Source of the DNA: Camelus dromedarius
Taxonomy: Eukaryota
Direction: 5' to 3'
DNA: 64,000 nt
NCBI RefSeq assembly: GCF_036321535.1
Contig: NC_087436.1
Span: 84,198,001 to 84,262,000, forward strand
Of the stretch, positions 58,518 to 64,000 are shown in pieces. Numbering within the stretch: position 1 is the first letter of the stretch; the number at the start of each line of letters is the position of its first letter. The notes beneath the pieces are model-generated. The model was not told the DNA's origin, made no database searches, and saw only the letters and a program-made list of their open reading frames with translations. The position numbers were made by a program, and so were the translations under genes.

Positions 58518-61500
58518 AAACCCAAAGCCCTCACTTGACACCTGAGGATAGGGAGGCTCAGAGAGAGGGCAGGGTCTGCCCTTGACCACATGACCCCCGA
58601 GCACCGTGTTCACGGGCCCAGGGAGGACAGCAACAGGACCTCAGGGGACAAGGGACCTCCAAGACCGTTGCTTCTGGGTCCTCAACACCACACTTCCAAC
58701 TCTAGCTGGGATAGGGTATCTGGCGCATTTCAAGCAAATTCTTGGAACCCAGACATGCCCCGGGCAGCAAGCAGGAGGAATTAGTCAGAGCCTCAAAGGT
58801 GCATTATTTAAGGATTGTGCTAACGTGTGAGAAGGGATGTTTCAAAACTAAAGCTTCCTTTTGTTCCCCACATAATATCTGGCCTAAGCCAGAGGATTAT
58901 AATTATTGAAAAGAGTCGCGGCCGACGCACCAGGCACTCTGCTCTTGGGGGACAGCCAAGTCGTGCTTTCAGGCGCTAGCCCGAGTTCTCTGCATTGGGA
59001 TGAGTCTGCTTGGCACCACAAGGTCTTTTCGTTGTGATTTCCAGCTCAGGCCCGGGCAGCAGTGTGAGTGGAGTGAAGTTTGTCTTTGCGGCTTCTGCTC
59101 CTCCTGTCTGTCCCTCACCGTGGCACCTGTGCCCGTGCAGGGGTGGGCGTAGGGCTGTCCACGGGGCCGCCACACCTCACCTGTGCTGCCTGGGCCAGTG
59201 GGCCACGTTTCAGGTGGTTTCCCATCTCTCGTCCAAGCCCAACAATTTCAGGGTCCCATCCCCTTAGGGCTTTGCTTACCCAGCTCTGGAACACTAATTA
59301 AAGTTATCATGTTAATAGACAATAATTGTTTAATGAGTTATGTCCCTCCCTGGTATATTAAATAGGATCCAACAAGATCACATATCTGGGAATTCTTTAA
59401 AATGTTATATAAATGTAATTACCACTTGAGGTAATCAGGGGAATCAAAGCTTTTAGCAAAATGTATATTCCCTACTAGTCAGAATTTCAAGCAACTTGCT
59501 GGGGGAAAATATACCAAGATTGGGAGTTTTCAGTAGAAGTCTCCAAGTCACATCCCATAGGAAGCTCCCCACAGACTGTGGGCCCTGAGAGATGTCTTTT
59601 ATTGAATCAGTCTATTTGTTAAATGTATTTGTCTTCATTGGAGATGGCTGCATTTCATTTATCTTTCTGAAAAATGAAGAGTCACCTTAAGGTCATTACA
59701 GTAGAGATAGAAAGTCAATACATTCTGTTCACAGGGCCTTATAAATATTACCTGCTTCCTTCACCAGAGCAGAAGGCTGGCACTGTCCCAGCCTTAGTGA
59801 CAAAGGGTCTCCTTCCTGGGGACCTAGTCCTGCAGCCCGGAGCAAGAGGCCCCTAAGTTCCCGTGACCCTCACAGCCCCTTCTTCCATTTGGAAAGCTGA
59901 GATCACTGCAGCTCATGCTGGCAAGTGGCAGCTGCACTTGGTTGGTCCAGCCTCTGCATAGGGGTGTGGTCAGGGTGAACTCAGCCTCCCTCTGGGGATG
60001 CGGAGTCTGCAGGCTGCAGGGAGCCAACAGCACAGAATCTTCACTGGTGAGAACAGCAGCGAGGACAGGAGGGGAGGGTGAGTGCTGTCCTGAGCCCCAA
60101 GGGACCAGGAGACAGGGGACCCAAGATCCCAAGATCTGGGGGGAAGGATTAGGCTGCTGGCATCAGGGCAGTACCCAACACTGAAAATGCTGCTGTTTGG
60201 AGGCTGAATGTTTCTTCTTCTGGACATTGAGAGTTCCACAAAAAAGAAAAAAATTTTTTTCATAAGTGATAGGTTCACACAGCTGATGAAATAGGTTTGT
60301 TTTACAGTGACAGAGTTTCTGCCTTCTCTGGATGACTTTTCTTTGAACATTTCCCCCTCATCTTTGCTTCCAAATTCTCTCAGTGTGGAATGGCTTAGTT
60401 CACTTGGACATTTTTAAGGCTATGTCATGACCTAACCCAGATTAATTTTTAGAAGTTGATGGCTTCCTCCCACTTTAAAAAAGCCAGGTGAATGGGGATG
60501 GTGAACAGGGCTATGCAATGATGAAATTATTGGCAGAAGGGTGGCCTGTGGCCTGGAGTGATTTATGAAGTACCAGCCTGCCCATTAAAAACCAACACCT
60601 GAGGATCCCAAGACAGCCCTTGGACCACACCCAGCCTGTCCACAGGCCTTGGGCCAGTGGAGAACACGTCTGAGGCTGCAAATAAAAGACACTGTCCTGA
60701 CACAGGGGGTGCATGCATCTGCTCTCTTGCTGGCCCCTGACCTTCAATGACCTTGATGTGGATTTGGAGTTCCAGTGTTGTTAATTCTGAACACAGGTAG
60801 GGTTTGGGTTGTGTGAGTGCCTGACCAAGCAGATGCAGGTCAGGCTGTCCTTTTTTCTTTGGCTGGGAAAGTGCCTTCATTGATCTTTGGGTGATATGGT
60901 GAACACTCTTCCACAGAACTCCAGTGTAGACTGGTCCTGACAGAAGACAGCCTAGCCCAGGGAGCAGAGTACAAGTTTTGGTGGTCAGGAACCCTGGTTA
61001 TTTTCAGCTCTAATTCAGCTGTAATGGAATTCTAAAGCAAGAGGGAAAAGCCTGAATGTCAAGTGTCCCAGTGGATTATTAATAGTGTCCCCTTTCATTC
61101 TCAAACATACCTGGCCTTGAGCAATAAACTATATAGTCACCTATGAACACAGTATATGAAGGTACAAGAGAATAAAGTGAGCTGCTCTGTGTCTTAAAAT
61201 TAGTTGGTGATGAGCTGATTCTGGAACCCAGGCCTCCCCACGCCTTCCCTCTGGCCTCTCTGCCAAGTCACTCACTCCCCCTGTGACTCAGGTTCCCTGT
61301 GGGAAGCATTGTATCCATCCTGCCCAGACGGAGAGCTGGTATGTTTATATTGGCTCACCAAAAAGAAGTTTGATGTGAATGCTGAGGGTTCAAGGAATTG
61401 TTCATCACAAGGTCAGGTTACTCTGGCATTGCTTCAGGCTCTTGTTAGCTTACGGCCCTGTTTGAGTAGTGATGGAAGCTCTTTTGAAAGGAGAGAAGTT

Positions 61501-62697
61501 AATTTTTACCCATCCTCATGTAATTTCTTGTAATTTACTTTCAATTGTTTTGATAAAATGTGACCAGATCTTTCCCGAATGAACTGTTTCTATCTTTACA
61601 TGTTAAAGAAAAAACCAAAACAAAATCATAAACATCGTAAGGCATTGATGAGCTCTAATCTCTTAGTGTACACGGAGCAGGAAACGAATGGTACTCATTC
61701 CAGCCATTAGATCTGGATGGATCACGATGGAAGTTTCCTGTAATTCTTACAGGCATGACATAGTCTAGTCTTTGTTGCTGTATTTCCACTTCCTTCCTGT
61801 GTGGTTTCTCCCTGAGGAAATTTACATAAATAATCCTCTCTCCCTAGGGCTTATAGTCCCTCCCTCCTTTCCAAACTTCTAGTCTACTGGTGCAGGCGCA
61901 AAATCTGTTTCATAAAAAACTTTAATTCAATAATTTATGCCAAGAAATGTCTATCACTCTGTTATATATTCTTTACACTCTTTGTGGATAGTAAAATAGC
62001 GTCCTTTGGAGATGACTAGAACTGAGGTTTACAGAGCAGGAGTGAAGAAAGGGGGAGGCCATGACTCTCCCGCTTTCATTAGCATGGTACCCGATTCAGG
62101 GTTCCACAATTTAAAAGGAGGGAGAGTCCTTTCAACTAGCTCAAAAGAGCTCCTAGATGACTAAATAATAAAAAAGATCAAGTCAGTAAAGAGTGGCAAA
62201 AGGACCAGATGTTATTTAAATTGGATAAGAGAAGGCCAGAAAGCCATTTGATGCTGGTGTTGAAAAGCATGGAGCATGGTCAGGGAGGTCAATGACCGGC
62301 TAGTCACCTTGATCTTTGGGGGAAAAAACCAAGCCCAAGGACCCCAAGGATTGGAATAGGCTGGAGCATGAAGGGGATGAGGTGAGGCATGAAGTATTCC
62401 CTCATTATGCAAAAAATACATTAGACAGAATTATACAGGCAAGCTCTGAAAGGCAGGGCAGTCCAACAATCTTTTAATTTTTAAAGTTTTTTTTTCTTTA
62501 GGCTCACATTAACATATTACTGAATTCGTAGTACACACAAGACCCTTCCTACGTTTTACATCTCATTCTATTTCTTCTACTGTCCTGCTCTCCCTCTTTC
62601 TTCCTCTGTCTTTGAACTCAACACCATATTTTTATGATCTGCCTATGTGACTGATTATACTTCTAGTATTTCCAATGCATTACTTCTAACTCCTTTT

Positions 62698-62752
62698 AAT
62701 TTATTTTATTTTATTTTACTTCTTTTTTAAAAATATTTTTTATTGATTTATA
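62698..62752 (-). mobile_element. Minimal L1 insertion (last ~20 nt + tail)
   Basis: 14-bp TSD TTCTAACTCCTTTT at 62684-62697 and 62753-62766; insert reverse strand TATAAATCAATAAAAAATATT + A-rich tail. Confidence 0.7.
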
Positions 62753-62813
62753 TTCTAACTCCTTTTTAATAGTCTGCTATTTATACACACTATTGGCTTA
62801 TCTAATCCTCTAG

Positions 62814-62888
62814 TTTTTTTTTTTTTTTTTTGGAGGGGGGTAGGTAATGAAGTTTATTTTTTAATGGAGGTATTGGGGATTTTACCCA
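62814..62888 (-). mobile_element. 5'-truncated camelid SINE
   Basis: T tail, GGAGGGGGGTAGGTAAT..TAATGGAGGTATTGGGGATT; TSD-like TAATCCT(C/G)TA flanks. Confidence 0.8.
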
Positions 62889-63489
62889 TAATCCTGTAAT
62901 GTTGACCATTTCTTCTGCCTCCAGTTCTCACAAATGATGCCATAATGAATATCCTAATATGTATGTATACTCAACCACCCTGTAGATCTCGTTGGTGGGA
63001 GACAGGGGTAGGGAGAGGGGTAGGCTAGATGGCTTATGTTTTCCTTAAGCAATGTGGAATATTAAATCGTCTGTAAGAAATGGAGACACATGATATCACA
63101 AGTTCTAGTCTAGTATTTCAAACATTTAGAAGCTTCTCTGAGTTCCTTAGGACTTTACTAAGCCTTTAATAAGTAACTGAAATAATTTTCTGGAACTTAA
63201 AGAGTATAATTTTCAGCAATTTCCCCCTCTCAATATCATTTTCTTAAACTTGGGCTAGTCAGTTCTAGAACTACTTCATTTCTCTGTATTAGTGGTTTAT
63301 TACTGGACAAAGCAAATGAAATGTTTTAAGAAATCTTGTTAGGCATAAGGTTGAGTGAAGTTTCTACAATGTTTTGCTGCTTTAATGATTGCAAAACCTG
63401 ATATCATTCAGTTGCTCAACATTATACCCTGAATCACTGGGAAAGCTGGATTAGAACCTTAATAATGGTATCTTGTATCTCTATAGTGT

Positions 63490-63710
63490 TTATAATTTAT
63501 AGTGCTATTCATAAACTTAATCCATCTCATTGAATCCTACAACAGCCGTGTGAGACAGGTGGGGCAGGACTGTAGCTTCAATTATAGATGAAGAAACAAA
63601 GGTTCAAAGCAATTAAGTGAGTTGTCCAAAGTCACTTGGAGATTTAAGTGGTTCTGGTGGAAGGAGAGTGCAGATCTTCTGAGCCTCCCCATCCAGCCTC
63701 TTTCTGCAAT
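63490..63710 (-). mobile_element. MIR SINE
   Basis: TCTCATTGAATCCTACAACAGCCGTGTGAG..ATAGATGAAGAAAC..TTAAGTGAGTTGTCCAAAGTCAC. Confidence 0.8.
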
Positions 63711-64000
63711 ATGACGTCTGATGCTCAGAGGAATGATCTACTGTAGGTTCAGAGCTAGCTTTCTGGTGTATCTGTCCTTTTCAATTATTTCATGATGGCA
63801 ATGAGTAGGCTAGAACTGCACGTCCTCTGTTTATCCCATTAGCTGAACACCTGTTCATAAAAACCACTCAGTTGGGGAAGGGAGGAAATAAGGCCCATGT
63901 AACTGAGTATCATGGCAACAAGCAGCATGCATGGTTGGACTTTGACATAAGTTGGAGCTCTACAAAGAACCAGGTGTGTGTCATTTTATCCACTACCAAA

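Noticed and set aside
61735..61770. Acceptor TTCTTACAG followed by ATG as exon 2 of the 56.7-kb transcript
   Set aside because: Reads ATG ACA TAG (immediate stop); no supporting donor identified
1..64000. CRISPR, operon or other prokaryote-type system
   Set aside because: Mammalian repeat-rich non-coding DNA; no regularly spaced repeats or gene-dense segments

Overview
Mammalian, very probably camelid (Camelus/Vicugna/Lama), non-coding DNA. The taxon call rests on nine copies of a short tRNA-Ala-derived SINE of the camelid vic-1 type. I found no convincing protein-coding exon, RNA gene or CRISPR-like array: the ORF track is explained by L1 ORF2 remnants, LTRs and chance. Roughly half the window is interspersed repeats: young and old L1, L2, MIR, MaLR/ERVL/ERV1 solo LTRs and hAT DNA transposons. 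Many keep readable target-site duplications (TSDs), which allows several nested insertion histories to be reconstructed. The best functional candidate is a + strand TATA-type promoter with a ~37-nt non-coding first exon and a strong GTAAGT donor at ~56.68-56.75 kb (gene not identified), preceded by repeat-poor, motif-rich enhancer-like blocks. The most unusual observations are a chimeric young/old L1 3' end inside one TSD pair, a TSD-flanked L1 ORF2 fragment with no 3' end, repeated L1 re-targeting of the same TSD at three loci, and two phase-compatible minus-strand mini-exon candidates. I see no evidence of a wholly new biological system. Repeat family names come from memory of consensus sequences, not from a search, and boundaries without TSDs are approximate.
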